Source: the human T2T-CHM13v2.0 reference genome, Homo sapiens. From it: a stretch of 64,000 bases of DNA. Shown here piece by piece: positions 40,801 through 53,735 of this stretch. The translations under genes and the position numbers were made by a program. Location of the stretch: the NCBI RefSeq assembly GCF_009914755.1, contig NC_060933.1. One strand, written 5' to 3'. The notes beneath the pieces were generated by a model, which was not told where the DNA came from, searched no databases, and saw only the letters and a program-made list of their open reading frames with translations. Within the stretch, counting starts at the first letter, position 1. Every line of letters starts with the position of its first letter.

Positions 40801-41564
40801 TCTCTTCTTGACATTTTCTCTCCTAGTCTTCCATAGACTGACAAGGACCTCTCATCTTTTCTTATCCCTCATAAGCTCTTGATTGTGGCTGTTCTATAGA
40901 GGATTTGTGACCTCTCTCATCATTTCCCTCTGTAGTCTTTTGCTGGGACTGTGTACCCTTGACAAATCTAGGTGATGACTCCCGAATAAAACAGTGAAAT
41001 AGAAGGGCCAATGGGTTGGGTTTCAGGAGATCTAGTTCACTCTCTAGGTGACATTGTGTGGGCCACCTTGCTTCCCTAAGGTTTCTTCATCTATTTAAAA
41101 AAAATGTGGTGGGCAGGGTGAGATGAACTGATCATAGTGAGGAGGTCACTTCCTTCATAGTTCAGGAAGTTCTTCAGGAAGAAAGTGAAATACTTCAACT
41201 CTAGAATCCCATCTTGTAACATCAGTGTTAATTCCTGAATTTATAGAATCACTCTGATTTGTCACCTGAGCTCTGATCTTCATTTCTATCTACTAAGGAT
41301 CAATAATTTTTCCTTATGTGCCCTACCAGCCCAGAAACACAAAATGTCTACCATAGCAATCATTTTCCCCCACCAAACAAGATGCCCTACTTTACTTCCT
41401 GTTTTCCAAAAGTGCTGTCCCCGGGGAAAAAAGGCCTGAGTCCACATGGTTTTCTTTGATCAGTTCTTTTCCTTCATCTCCTACATCCTGTCAGCCACCC
41501 CATATGCCATATTTTAATTTTGAAATGCATCGTGTGTATATTTTTTCCCGTCTACCTTTTGCGT

Positions 41565-41680
41565 GTGTTTGAATCAGTGGCGTTAAGTACATTCACATTG
41601 TGTCCAACCATTACTGCTACCCATTTCCAGAACTTTACCATCATCCCAAACTGAAACTCTACCCATTGAACAGTGTCTTC
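41565..41680 (-). mobile_element. Short L1MB-like 3' UTR fragment
   Basis: cagtggcgttaagtacattcacattgtgtccaaccatt...ttccagaactt...catcatcccaaactgaaactctacccatt. Confidence 0.75.
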
Positions 41681-42150
41681 CTAACTACTCTTAATTGTTA
41701 AATATCAGAATATCAGCATTTAATGGGCTCTTCAGGGTGATCTGCCACGGGTTAGATTTGACAGGTTAGATAAAGCAACCACAACCTAGATGGGTTCAAC
41801 TGTGTACTCACCAGCTCTTCATTCTATCACTTCCAGATTGTATCACACTTCTCCAAGTGGGCTTCTTTGCCTCAGGCTTCTCCAACTTCCAGTCTATCAT
41901 GTATGTTACTTTGAGCTTTATCTTTCCATTGTACCCTTTTTCCCCCCTTTCACTCCATGCTCAGAAACTGGAGTACTGTAAGCTTCTCAGTCACATTTCA
42001 CCCAAACACACAGTCCAATTTCCTGCCATTTTTGTTGTTTATTGTCTACAATGTCAGTTTAGTGCTCCCCAAGCTCCCATTTAGTTATTTGGATTATAAC
42101 ATGTTTATTTTCCTTTCCTCTGAGATTCATCTTGTTCAAGAATTTGCCAA

Positions 42151-42470
42151 GGATTACGGAGATAGCGTTCAGACTGTCTCCCTGGAATAAGGAGGTAGGG
42201 TTTAGATTCTTTCACAGTACTAAGGAGCTAGTGTTCAGATTCTGTCCCAGGATTAAGGATTGAGGGTTCAGAATCTCTCTCAGGACTGTGGAGCCAGGGT
42301 TCAGACACTTCCAGGAATAAGAAGCTAAGGTTCAGACTCTCCTCCGGAATTAAGGGGCTAGGGTTCAGACTTTACTCCAGAATTAAAAAGCTAGGGTTCA
42401 GACTCTCAGGATTAAGGAGTCAGGGTTCAGATTATCTCCCAGGATTAGAGTTGGGATCAGACTCTCCTGA
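42151..42470. repeat. Degenerate 33-bp tandem array, 10 units
   Basis: Consensus about GGATTAAGGAGCTAGGGTTCAGACTCTCTCCCA; units start at 42151, 42184, 42217, 42250, 42283, 42314, 42347, 42380, 42409, 42442. Confidence 0.92.
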
Positions 42471-44747
42471 GGGCTCCAGTTAGGCTAATAACTCATCTGA
42501 TGCAGCAGGGTAGTAAGATCGGCAGTGAGGGGTCACCTCAGCCAGTTTTGCTCTGACTCCAGATTGCCAGTCCCAGCTCTAGACAGTGATCCCTCTGTAT
42601 CTCCTGCCTTAACAATAACGACCAGCATTATTGAGCTGGGTGGGCCAGGGTCTGGGCTAAACATTTTCATAAAGTATTTCATTGAATCTCATATATTATC
42701 TCCCTTTAAAAAAATCTGACAACTAAGTATTAAACTAGTGATTTTCAGTCCTGGCTGCACATTTAGAACACGTTAAATCAGTAATTGCTACTGAAACTAA
42801 CTGATGTTCAGGCTGTATACCACGAGCTTTTGATTCTGTTGGCCTGGAAGTAATGGACCCCATTCAAGGTCTGATAGCCCAGGAACCTGCATTCACACCC
42901 AGCTCCCTATGGCTTCAGAACCCAAATTCTGAACCCAGAGTTCTTAGCCCTGTTCATGGATCAGAATCCCCTGTGCTTGTGTGTATGTATATATTTACAC
43001 ACACGGAAATCATTATGGTATTGGGGTAGGTAGGGTAAGAATTACTTAAAATATTTTAAAAAAACTATTTGGTTAACTCTAATGGGCAACTAGAATTGAA
43101 AACACAGCCTTAACCATGATACAATATTACATCTCATTAGACCTCATTCAACAAATACATAACTTCTTATCCATTAGTGTAAAATGGGAAGGGTGGTATG
43201 TTGGAATGTATTGAGAGAAGATGGAATAACAGTAACATTATTGTACTGTTGAATAGTAAGGAATGAAAATGGGACACATAATTCTTTAAGTTACCTACAT
43301 TTGTAAGCCATTATTTGAAATAAACTCCCATTAAGCCATATCTGTGCATGCCTAGTTTGGCACAGTGCAATTCTGGTCATTTACTAGGAACTCCACATAT
43401 GGAAGTATGCACTCATAGTGAAAAGAAATGGGGCTCTAACCTGAAAGGTTTTAGTGTGAAGATGTGTGGATGCTCTGAACTCAAGAACTGACAGGATGTC
43501 CGGTGTGCTGCTACTTATTTGAACTTCTGCAGAGGCAAGTTTGTTGTTGGTGCATGCCATTGGTACCACTTGATTATTAATATTATTAAGTTGATGTCTT
43601 GGGAGCATAGCCATTATCTAATTTTGGCTTCAGATTCAATTCTGGTTATTGACAAATGGTGGAATGGGAGTAGAGACTGACTTAGCTACAAGAAAGAAGC
43701 CCTAAGAGTATAACGTCCCTAAGGATTCTGTAAAAAGTGCAGTTATATAATTTGTTGAGATGAGTTAAGTGGTAATCATCCTGATGTTTGACATTTACAA
43801 ATTCTTCCCATAGTACTAGACATTTAACTGAAGCACACATTTGACACTGAAGAAGTACTGTTCTATGTAATGTACTCAAAACTTGCCAGTGGGTGTGGTG
43901 GTTCTTTCTTTAAAGTAAACAGCCTTAGATTTACTAAAGTCATTATCGAATATAGGGAGATGAATTCACTGGAGAAGTGAAACCCAAGCATCTGAAATGA
44001 TATTTTGATCTTTAAAGTAGGAAACAGAATGGCAGGGTTTGTTGTGGAGACAGACTCTTCCTTTAGCACAGACAATAAGGACATCAGCCAATTCTGAAGA
44101 CTTGTTGGGGACTGCCAGGAAGGCTAACCATGCCACCATCACAACTTCAATAACTGTAAGGGAGTCAGTGTCATTAGAAAATTGCACTAATATTTCATCT
44201 GGGTAATTACACTGGTCTCTTCACTTAGAAAAACACGGGATCAGACAAGGGAATCAATACTGCCATTGCCTTTTCTTTTCTCATTGTTGATAATACCTGG
44301 TTTTCACCTGGGGCACAATCTATCTCTGTTTCTTATCTGACTGAGATATTTCAGTATTTGTAATTATAAACATCTGACTTAGAACTGGCCTGCATGTATA
44401 ACTCCATATGTGGAATCTGCTCTAGTTAAGTAAAAAACATAAAACGCTGCAGTTAGGAAATAGTCACAATTGAATTCTTTTAACTGAGGGCTCCATACGT
44501 ACTATGCATTCATATCAAGTTTTCAAGGATAAACTTAAACACAAAAACAGTGTTCATTAATAAGATTAATGAACTATGAGGAAAGCAACTCTTTGGGAAT
44601 ATAAGTCCAGAGGCTCAAAATGTAAAATGCTTAAAAAAATATATTTTCTGTGAATTGTATTGCTGAAAGGAAGGAGGGCATATTTTACTAGCCACAAGGT
44701 GGACAGTTACCACATCCAGTTGTTTAACACATCAGAAATGTAGGACT

Positions 44748-44868
44748 GCCAGGCATAGTGGTGCATGCCTGTAGTCCCAGATACTCAGGAGGCTGAGATG
44801 GGAGAACTGCTGAGCCCAGGAGTTTGAGGCCAGCCTAGGCAATGTAGCAAACCCTGCTTTAAAAAAAA
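44748..44868 (+). mobile_element. FLAM (free left Alu monomer)
   Basis: gccaggcatagtggtgcatgcctgtagtcccag...gagcccaggagtttgaggccagcctaggcaat...A-tail; ~120 bp. Confidence 0.88.
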
Positions 44869-44883
44869 TACAGAGTTTTCTTT

Positions 44884-44997
44884 TATATATTAATATATAG
44901 GCATGTGTGTATACCATATGCACGTATATCACATGTATATGTATCATATGTGTATGTATCCTATATGTATACCTTGTATATACACATATACACACAC
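44884..44997. repeat. Degenerate TA/TG/CA low-complexity tract
   Basis: Direct read. Confidence 0.85.
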
Positions 44998-45069
44998 CAC
45001 CTAAGATGCCTCTGAGGATTGCTCTGTGGATATGAGGTGCTGTCTTCCTGAGGAGAAGCCAATTTCTCC

Positions 45070-45310
45070 ATCACAGCTTACACTGATGCAGTGCCTTCCA
45101 TGCAACAGGTACTATACCAAAGGCTTTATATGGCATACCCCTCACTCAATCCTCACAAACAGTCCTCTGAGAAATATAGACTTTCTCTCATTTAAGATGA
45201 GGAATCCAAGGCACAGATTAGTTCATTTATTTGCTCAGGATCATGTAACTCTGATGTACACAGCCAGGATTCAAACCCTCTTACTCTGTAACCCATGCCT
45301 CGCACTGCCT
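45070..45310 (-). mobile_element. MIR
   Basis: caatcctcacaaacagtcctctgag...catttaagatgaggaatccaaggcacaga...gccaggattcaaaccc. Confidence 0.8.
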
Positions 45311-45386
45311 CCCTCAGTCACATAATACTGATGTGGAAAAAGGCAGTAAGAGCATTTACAAGGCTCCGTAAGTGAAGTAAGTTGCA

Positions 45387-45571
45387 TAGTGGTTCCCAAA
45401 CCTGGCTGCACATCAGAATCATTTGGGAAGCTTATTAAAAAATAAATATTTCCAAAGAATACCTTTAGAGAGTCTAATTAAGAACGTCAGAGGTGTGCAT
45501 TGGGATTCATTTTCATAATTGCTCCCAGATGATTTCAATGCAGGCAATCAGCTGCCACTTGGAAACCACTG
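45387..45571. mobile_element. MER5B-like hAT MITE with terminal inverted repeats
   Basis: tagtggttcccaaacctggctgcacatcagaatca...ttggaaaccactg. Confidence 0.8.
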
Positions 45572-45649
45572 GATTAGACAGTAAATGTAAGCAAATTGCA
45601 TTTAAGCAAGAGTGGCCTATATTCTCTAAAATCCCTGTAGTCATGGTAT

Positions 45650-46390
45650 GTAGGTGTTAGGGCTATAATATTAACACGAAAAACAGTCCCTGACGTTGTA
45701 GGATGTTAGGAGAGATAACTGTGTAAACAGGTACAGAATGCAAGGGTGAAGTGCTTTAGTAGAGTAGGAAAGAGAATCACACCGCTATGGCACAGGAGAG
45801 AAAAGGGCTAGCTCTGTTTGTGGAAGTCAACTTGGGCTTCACAGAGAGGATAAGATTTATGTGGAACATTAAATTGTGTCTACAAACAAAAAAGAGAAGG
45901 AATGGCATTCCAAACAGAAAAGGCTGTGAGATCAAAAGCTGTGAAGTAGGAAAATAGACAGATATTTGGGCAGCAGCTGGGGTTGCAGTGTGGTTAGCCT
46001 TGTGTACTGTGGCAAGGAGTAAGACCTTATTGCTGGTAACCAGCAACCATTGGCATATTTAAGCAAGGCAGTACAGGACAAAGGCTGCCTTTTAAAACAG
46101 TCACAGAGGCTAATGTGTGAGGATGACTTAAAGAAGGCAAAATTGTAAGGAGGGTCAACAATGGGGAGGCCAAGCCATAGTTAAGGTGAAACAGGACAAG
46201 GCCTGAACTCTGAGGCAGGGTGTCTGAGTATCATGGGAAGGGAAGGGAAAGAGTTGAAGCAAGACATTTGAGAGATTATCAGCAGAAAATGATGACAGAT
46301 CAGATGAGGGTGGACAGTTGTGAAAGATGAGGGCACACAGTCAGGGATGAAATCGGAATTTCTGGACTGGTCCATGCAATGATAGTAGCC
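45650..46390 (-). mobile_element. L2 relic
   Basis: aaaacagtccctgac...ggcttcacagagagg...ggcattccaaacagaa...aaggcctgaact. Confidence 0.7.
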
Positions 46391-47269
46391 CAGGTTTCTG
46401 AGGGAAAATCTGTTGTTGCTGGAGATTCTCAGTCTAGTCTTAGATTTTCTTTCTATTTATTGGCAGATTTTCTTTCATTTTAAATAGAAAATAAATTAAC
46501 ATAAGTTTGAAAACAGATGAAAATATAAATGACTTTATTTTTGAAAGAATTATAATACATATCATAGAAAGAAGTGTTTCTTTATCGTTGTATTCAGGCT
46601 AAACTGGGACTGGCTGAAGCCTTGAGCCTTCAATATTCATCTTTGGAAAACACATGGGGGTCTTCCAATCATTTAAAAAAATTCTAACAGACTAACATTG
46701 CAAGTCCAGGCTCCATTAGTCTCAGTGGTTAAACTTAAATCTCTTAACATGTAAGTCCTTCTGTAGTTGCTGTCCAGTAATAAAGTGGGTGATGGAATTT
46801 TTAAGAAAACACTTTATGGCTCTGCAATAGACGAATTTTTCCACTGGGATTTATATAATGACTTCGGAGAAAACTAAAACAATGTATAAAATAAAACCCT
46901 GTGGAAGAAAAAATAATTATAAAGAATTCCCACCTGAAATGATGGAATGCCTACAGTTGTAGAATTCTGTATTTTGTTTCACTATCTGTTTAATAATTAA
47001 AGGCCCTTTTAGTAGCCAAAAGTTCCACTTTAAAACACTGTATTCTAGGGTGCTAAGAATTTGGTGCAGAGCAGTAACTTTTTCCAAGTGTGGCAAGAGA
47101 AACATTCAAAAGAGAGGCATCTTTGACCTAAGACTCACTCAAGTAAATCTTGCTAGGGAGAGTTATTCTTATTGTTAGGTGAAGGATCTCAAGCTAGGGA
47201 CCACCTAGTGGACAGCCGGACCAACTCTCCAGAAGCCCTGAGATGCATAACCTTTGGCACTGTGTTTTG

Positions 47270-47460
47270 AAATACTATAGAGCAGGGTTTGATTCCCTGC
47301 TATGCCACTTGCTGGCCGCATGTTCTTCAGCAAGTAACTTAAACCTCCTGAGACTCGTTTCCTCCTCTGTAAGGGAGGGGTGATGGAACTCACCTCATGG
47401 GAGTATGGCGAAAAGTAAGTATTAAATGAGGCAATATGTGTTCAAATTGCTCTGTAAATG
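47270..47460 (+). mobile_element. MIR
   Basis: gggtttgattccctgctatgccacttgctggc...gcaagtaacttaaacctcctgagactcgtttcctcctctgtaag. Confidence 0.8.
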
Positions 47461-49500
47461 GAAAGGAATATGTATTATAATTATTATACTTTTAGAATTT
47501 TCTTAAAACCAAACTGTGTTTCAGGTTTTAAACCAGATATACATACATATCTTGCATGTGTTTTTTCTAGATAGATATCTCCCCAATTATCTCTTTTATA
47601 CCCATGTATCCAGCAGCTAAGGATTTTAAGGCAGAGTATGCTACTTTTAGGGAGTAACGAACTTGAGGAGGCTGTAGGTTTGCAAACCTGCAAATTTGCT
47701 GAATTTTTGAAAATTCATTTGCATTTGAATTTATACTCCAGCTTCATAGTACACAAAGCAGCTGGTGTGCGGCCATGGCTACTAGTGCTGGGCATTGTTT
47801 CTTCTGTGATGTTCCTCCTGTGGAACACTGACTTTGAAAACACGTTTTCGTAGTGTGACTGTTCTAAATTTACCTTGATGATAAAGGAAACACTATAGAG
47901 ACACAGTAAGCCAGTTCTAGGAGTCCCAGAGATCAAAAGGAAAAAAAGGAGGGTGAGGTTATGCTTTCTGCAGCATCCTCACGAACTCCTGCTGGAGCAC
48001 CAGCATTCCAGTGAGATTATTTAGCTTCAAGTAGATCTTGTCTCGGGTGGTTGAAATGTCAAGACCAAGATCTAACGCTCTGCCTCAAGTGGATTGCACC
48101 ATAGCCATAAGCCTCTTGCATGCCCTCATGAGTTTAAAGAGTGCATAGTTGACTGTGTGTATGAGTGTGAATATGTGTGTGTATGAGGAAGACTGATAAT
48201 CTGGAGACGTGGATTTTACTCGTGTCTGCCACTAAGGAACCTTGCAGGAGATTACCTCACCTGTTTTAATTTCATTTCTCTTGCCTAGATGATAAAGGGT
48301 AGAATGAGATGCTCTCTTAAGATGTCTTCCTGTAACATCTTATGGTTTTTTGACTGATTGACTGATTGATTCAGCAAACCTTGAACCTTATGGAATTGTG
48401 ATTCTAAATGCAGTGTTGAAATGGCAATCTTTCGTCAATGTAGTTTCTGTGTTCTGTATTCATGAGGCATATGTTGTTCCCTAAGTCAGTGTTAGATTTC
48501 CTCCTTTCACTCCCAAGGCAGAGGAGGGCACATGGCAGCATATTTACCTGATTCTACAAGGTCTCCTACACCTTGAAGTAGAACCGATGACATTACTTGT
48601 CAGCAGATTTAACAGCAACAAGAGTGTCTTCATTTGTGATGAATGAGAGCTTCCCAAAGTGGGTGAGAGAGAACAGAGTCAAAGGAAGGGGTGCCAACTT
48701 CCTTCTTTTGCATTCCACCTTCTGTTAACCATCCTATTCTGATAACCCCTGAGAAAATCCACAGAAGAGTTTTAATACCTCTAGATGGGAATCCTTCCAA
48801 GGAAGTGAGTTCCATCCAACTTTTAGGTATCCAAGAAATCATGAATTAATAGCTACTGAATATATGCCATGCTACATATACAAAATAACCCATATAGCTA
48901 TCCTATGTGACTGCTATGTAGGTTATATTTTAACCTTATAAACTGCAGAAGTAAGACAAGATATAGACATGAGATCACAATTTTTTTCCCACTCATATTG
49001 GTCCACTTAAGCTTGAATTTTGAATTTTACATTAGAAAATTTCAAATATATATCTTGTGGTTCATCCCCTAAATTAAAATATGATTCCTCTTTATTGGTT
49101 TCTTATGATTTCAGCCAGTCACCAAAGCTCATATCCTCCTCTGTCTCCAGAGACTGATGAAATTTTTAGGTTCTGGAAATTTAGAGGATGCTAATGATCT
49201 CGTATTCAAATAAGTCAAATAAAAATTTGCAATGTATTGAGCCAGGCATTGTAATTGAGAGAAATACCTAAGTGGCATGTATTCATTTATGTACCAACTA
49301 TTTGCTAGGTGTATTCTGTGTGTAAATCACTGCACTGGGGATGCAAAGCTAAGCAAACCCTAGCCTACTCTTAAAGAATTTAACCCATAATAGGGAAGTT
49401 AGACTTGACAAAAATTACCTAAATACAAAGTAAAAGAAGCCATTGAAGTGGGAAAACGTTTCTAAGATGTTAGAAAAGGCTCTTTTTCTTTATCCTCTTT

Positions 49501-50039
49501 GCTGATGGCCCCCAAGACCACCCTCAGTTTCAGTGATTTGCCGAGACTCAGGACTCAGCATGTAGTCATACTCATGGCTATGATACAAAGTAAGATCAGC
49601 AAAGGGAAAAGGTGTATGGGGCAAAGTCCAGCAGAGACCAGGAGCAAGCATCCAAGAGTCCTGTCTCCCAATGGAGTCAGTACTGAATGAGCTGACTTTC
49701 TCCAGCAACAAGTTGGACACACATGTGTGAAATGTTGCCTACCAGGGAAGTCTATCAGAGACTCAACACTAGAAGATTTTTACTGGGGGCTAGTCATATA
49801 GGTGTCCTCTCCCTAGCACATACCAAAATTCTAGACTCCCAGAAGGAAAGGAGGTGTTCCATATAAATCACATTGTTTGTGCAACAACTGAGGCAGTGAG
49901 CCATTCATCATCAGTTCTGAGAATGGTGGGAGCATGCCTGAAATCCAACTTTCCAGAAGCCAACCAAGGACCAACCTAGTGAGCAGGCCTTTCAAAGGAT
50001 AGCTGTCTCTGGCCTGGTATGTTAACTGTTTTCTGCACA
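49501..50039 (-). mobile_element. MER21-like ERV solo LTR
   Basis: ccccaagaccaccctcag...atcagcaaagggaaaagg...; minus strand begins tgtgcagaaaacagttaacata. Confidence 0.85.
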
Positions 50040-51059
50040 CCATCAAAAAATTATCATGGAAAGCAGTAATTGAAATAAAGATCCCAGAATAGTTAATGTG
50101 ACAGAGCTGTCCAAAATTAGGCTACTTGGAAAACAATGAGAGGGAGGCAAAATTTCATGTAGCCATTTCATTCATCCTTTCATTTTTGTGGCCACCAAGT
50201 ATTTGGTGAGCTCTGAAAAGAGAGTGAGCACCAGAATGGTTTCTTATTTATATGAATGTATCATGTGACCCAACACCCTGGAATCAGAATGATAGTTTAC
50301 TTGGAAATTCTCACATTTTTATTGAGTGACTGATGCCAAGCCCTGGGCTCGAAGCTAGTAGTGTGAAGAGGTCAGAGCAGATTCCTGCCCTCACAGGGCT
50401 CACAGGTGGACACGGTTTACCTTCTCAACCAACCCCCACCCCATGCTCAATAGTGCTGAGCTCAGTGAGAAGGGGAGGAGAGTGGAAGAGCAGTTGAAGG
50501 AGGTTTGGGTTCCTCATCATGGACAGAAGAACATGTTAAGGCAGCAGTGCCTTAACAGCCCAGGGAACTATAGGCTGGGAAAGAGGCTCTAAGAAAACAG
50601 CTCTGGACACCAGCAACATGCTGTGCTGTCCCCAGAACACCAGACCAGCTTTTCTAGAACACAGAGTCACAGGGCCTCGATTCAAGATTCTGAGGTTAAA
50701 GCAGTTGAAACAAACACAAGGCTCATAGTTGGAGAAATGAGAGCCCCCTCACTCCAGTTCAAGTAACCAGCTAGAGGCAGCACAGAGGTGTCTAGCACCC
50801 TACCTGCACAGCCTGGTGGTGGCCAGCACTTCTTCCAAGTAGCCTTCCATCACAAGGTTGGTGGCCTGCTCTTTGTGGCAGCCCCTCTCTCACTGGACTA
50901 CAGAAGTACTTCTTGACCATTCGATTATTGGGATTAATGGTATATTCCTCACAGCATCTCCTGTGAGCATCTGACAGCATCTCCTGCACATCACATACTC
51001 CTGTAGATCTTGTCACTGACTCTTTCACCAACAGGCGTTACTGAGAAAGGAGGTACTGT

Positions 51060-51270
51060 GGTATTTCAAACTCAGGAAATTGACCAGATTCTACCTCCTC
51101 ACAAACCACTGTGCAGCTGTGGTCAAGTGACTTCACTTTTCTAAGTCTACATCTTCTCACTGAGACACAAGGATAGCAGTACTTCCCAGGGCTGTGGCCA
51201 GGTTCAGTGAAACTTTACATCTGTATCACCTGGGATGGCCCAATATGTAGTAGGCAAACTCAGTAAGTGA
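51060..51270 (+). mobile_element. MIR relic
   Basis: gtcaagtgacttcacttttctaagtct...tcttctcactg...tagtaggcaaactcagtaa. Confidence 0.55.
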
Positions 51271-53423
51271 GAGTTCTTGTCCTTTTTCCCTGCAGGAGCT
51301 TGCCTTGGATGTTAGAGAACACTGAGGAATGTTCCAATAGCTTTAGAAACAAGAGCTCTAGCAGTCCCCTGACCTCTTCCCCTTCTTTTTCTCCTGCCTG
51401 CGGTATCTTCTACCATCAAGTTACAGAATGAGTCTGGAGAGAACAGCTGCTTCTGTTGTTCCATGCTCCACACACAGAGCTCACCAAATACATTAGAATA
51501 TCTGAGGTCAAGCAGCACCCATATTCCTTTCCCTCACTTGCTATTTCTTCAAGGTTCTTGCTGTCTTTGTCTGTGCTAACAAAGGACAAAGAAAAAGTCA
51601 GTGGAATAGGGAACAATGAAATTAAGACCGGCTCTTCTTTTCATAATATGCGTTCTTTAAAACCTTAGAAATCTCTTTTGCATCTAACTCCTGTTCTCCC
51701 TCCTTTGATCTCCATGGAGGGCACCCCCTCACCTAATTCTGTCCCTCAGGTTTTACAGTGGGGACTTGGAAAAGTATTTGGAGACTTGGAACAACTTATG
51801 AAGCAGGTGCAGCTGAGAAAACTGAGGCAGAGATAAATATATCTCTTGCCACAGTTCCACATCTAGCAAGAGGCAGATTTTTAACACGGAAGTCGGAGAA
51901 TCTATGCATTTATCTATCACAGTATGCTGGCTCTCTAAAAAGGAGAGTGGCCTTTGACAAGAGATGACAACAGGGTTGCATCACAAAGCTATTGTCTTAA
52001 CAAGTGACCCAGGCCATATGTATGTGCCATAGTGCCAAAGAGTGGTAAAATCTTCCGAACTTTAGAATGAGGCAGGGATAGAGTTCAAATCCTGGTTTAG
52101 CTAGTTTCTACCCTAAACTTTCTGAGAATTTGGTTTCTAGTCTATCACACCGGGGGGTAATGCTTACTTTTGGTATGGTTTTGAAGATGAACTAGTGTAC
52201 ATGAAACACTAGTCTGGGTTTTGGAATCCAGTAGGGACTCAGTAAATACTGGGTGCAATGAGGATGATGCAGGTCTGTCGATGGCAGTTTCACTCCAATG
52301 CTAACAGGGCAGCATTGAGCCTGGACAAAGTGGAATTTGTTGGAGTTAAACAAGCTTGTAATCAGAAGGCTTAACCACCTTCTACTCTCTGCTGCCATCT
52401 AGGAAAGTGGAGCTGGAGCCAGAGGACACACTCATTTTAAGACTCTGGATTGGCATGTTCCCCTTAAGGGGTATGCTCTGAGGAACCCCATGGAGCCTCT
52501 GGACCAAGTTCCCTTCTCCTTCATTTAGCAATTACACATGGGCTCTGGTCAATTGGTTCTAATTGAAGGATTTTAAAAAGTGGGTTTGCAGCTTCTCTCC
52601 ATCCCAAGTACATCTTCCTTTCCCACAGTCAGTAACTTCCACTTCACTCTATTTTTTATGGCAGTTGGGGGTAAGGGCTGTGGAGCAGGACAATGTTGCT
52701 TAGCAGCGAATATCAGAGCTGCCGTGTGCTTTTGTGTTTTTTTTTAAAGCCGGGTTTTTTGTCACTCTGTCTGATGGAATCATATTGGCATCCTCCCTTG
52801 TCAGAACCCCATGGGTCAAGTGTAGGCGTGTGCATGCTTTATAGATGGGTCCCCATTCCTGCCTGGTGCCTGCTCAAGATGATGGTTGCTGCTGGTTTTG
52901 TTTAACAGACACTTCATTCTGCAAATTCTCAAGTGCAAATCACCTTTTGTTTCTTTTATCCCTGGCAATAATGAAGGGCTGAACTGGAGCTTAAATAATT
53001 CTTTCAATGAATACATTAAACAGACTCTTTCATTATAGATGTTAGAGGAATGAAAATAATTTGCACAAAGCCACATTTCCTTCACAGAGTTTTAAAAGAA
53101 GTGAGGGAACTGCCATTGAGGGAACAATTAATTTTGTTTCTGTAGGAAAATGGGGAGGGGGCAGATAAAATATGTTTTAAGACTTTCCAAAAGATTTCTG
53201 GTGGGAACGTTTAACAACTGAGTAAAACGTTGCCTCAGGAAAGATAGTGCTATTTGGAGCTGTGTTTTTGTGGCAGTTTCTTACTATCTTCAGAACACAT
53301 GAAGAATGGAACTCTCTCCTGATTTTGAGAGTTAAAACTTACTACAAGGACAAGTAATTTTGAAAGTGATGTTTCTATTAAGGCTATGGGATACACTTTG
53401 AATGTCCTAATAGTATATACATC

Positions 53424-53735
53424 TTTTTCTTTCTTTCTTTCTTTCTTTCTTTTTTTGAGACCGAGTGTCCCTCTTGCTCAGGCTGGAGTGCAGTGGCTCG
53501 ATCTTGGCTTACTGCAACCTCTGCCTCCTGGTTCAAGCGATTACTCTGCCTCAGCTTCCTGGGTAGCTGGGATTACAGATGCCCACCATCAAACCTGGCT
53601 AATTTTTGTATTTTTAGTAGAGACAGGGTTTCACCTTGTTGGCCAGGCTGGTCTCGAGCTCCTGACCTCAGGTGATCCTCCCTCCTCGCCCTTCCAAAGT
53701 GCTGGGATTACAGGCACGAGCCACCACACCTGGCC
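53424..53735 (-). mobile_element. Full-length AluS with TSD and (CTTT)n tail
   Basis: Antisense dimer; TSD ctaatagt(a/g)tata on both sides. Confidence 0.96.

Noticed and set aside
42151-42470. CRISPR-like array
   Set aside because: The units are contiguous diverged repeats with no unique spacers, no cas genes and a eukaryotic context.
48032-48074. Hairpin tagatcttg...caagatcta
   Set aside because: A 9-bp stem with a 25-nt loop is within chance expectation.
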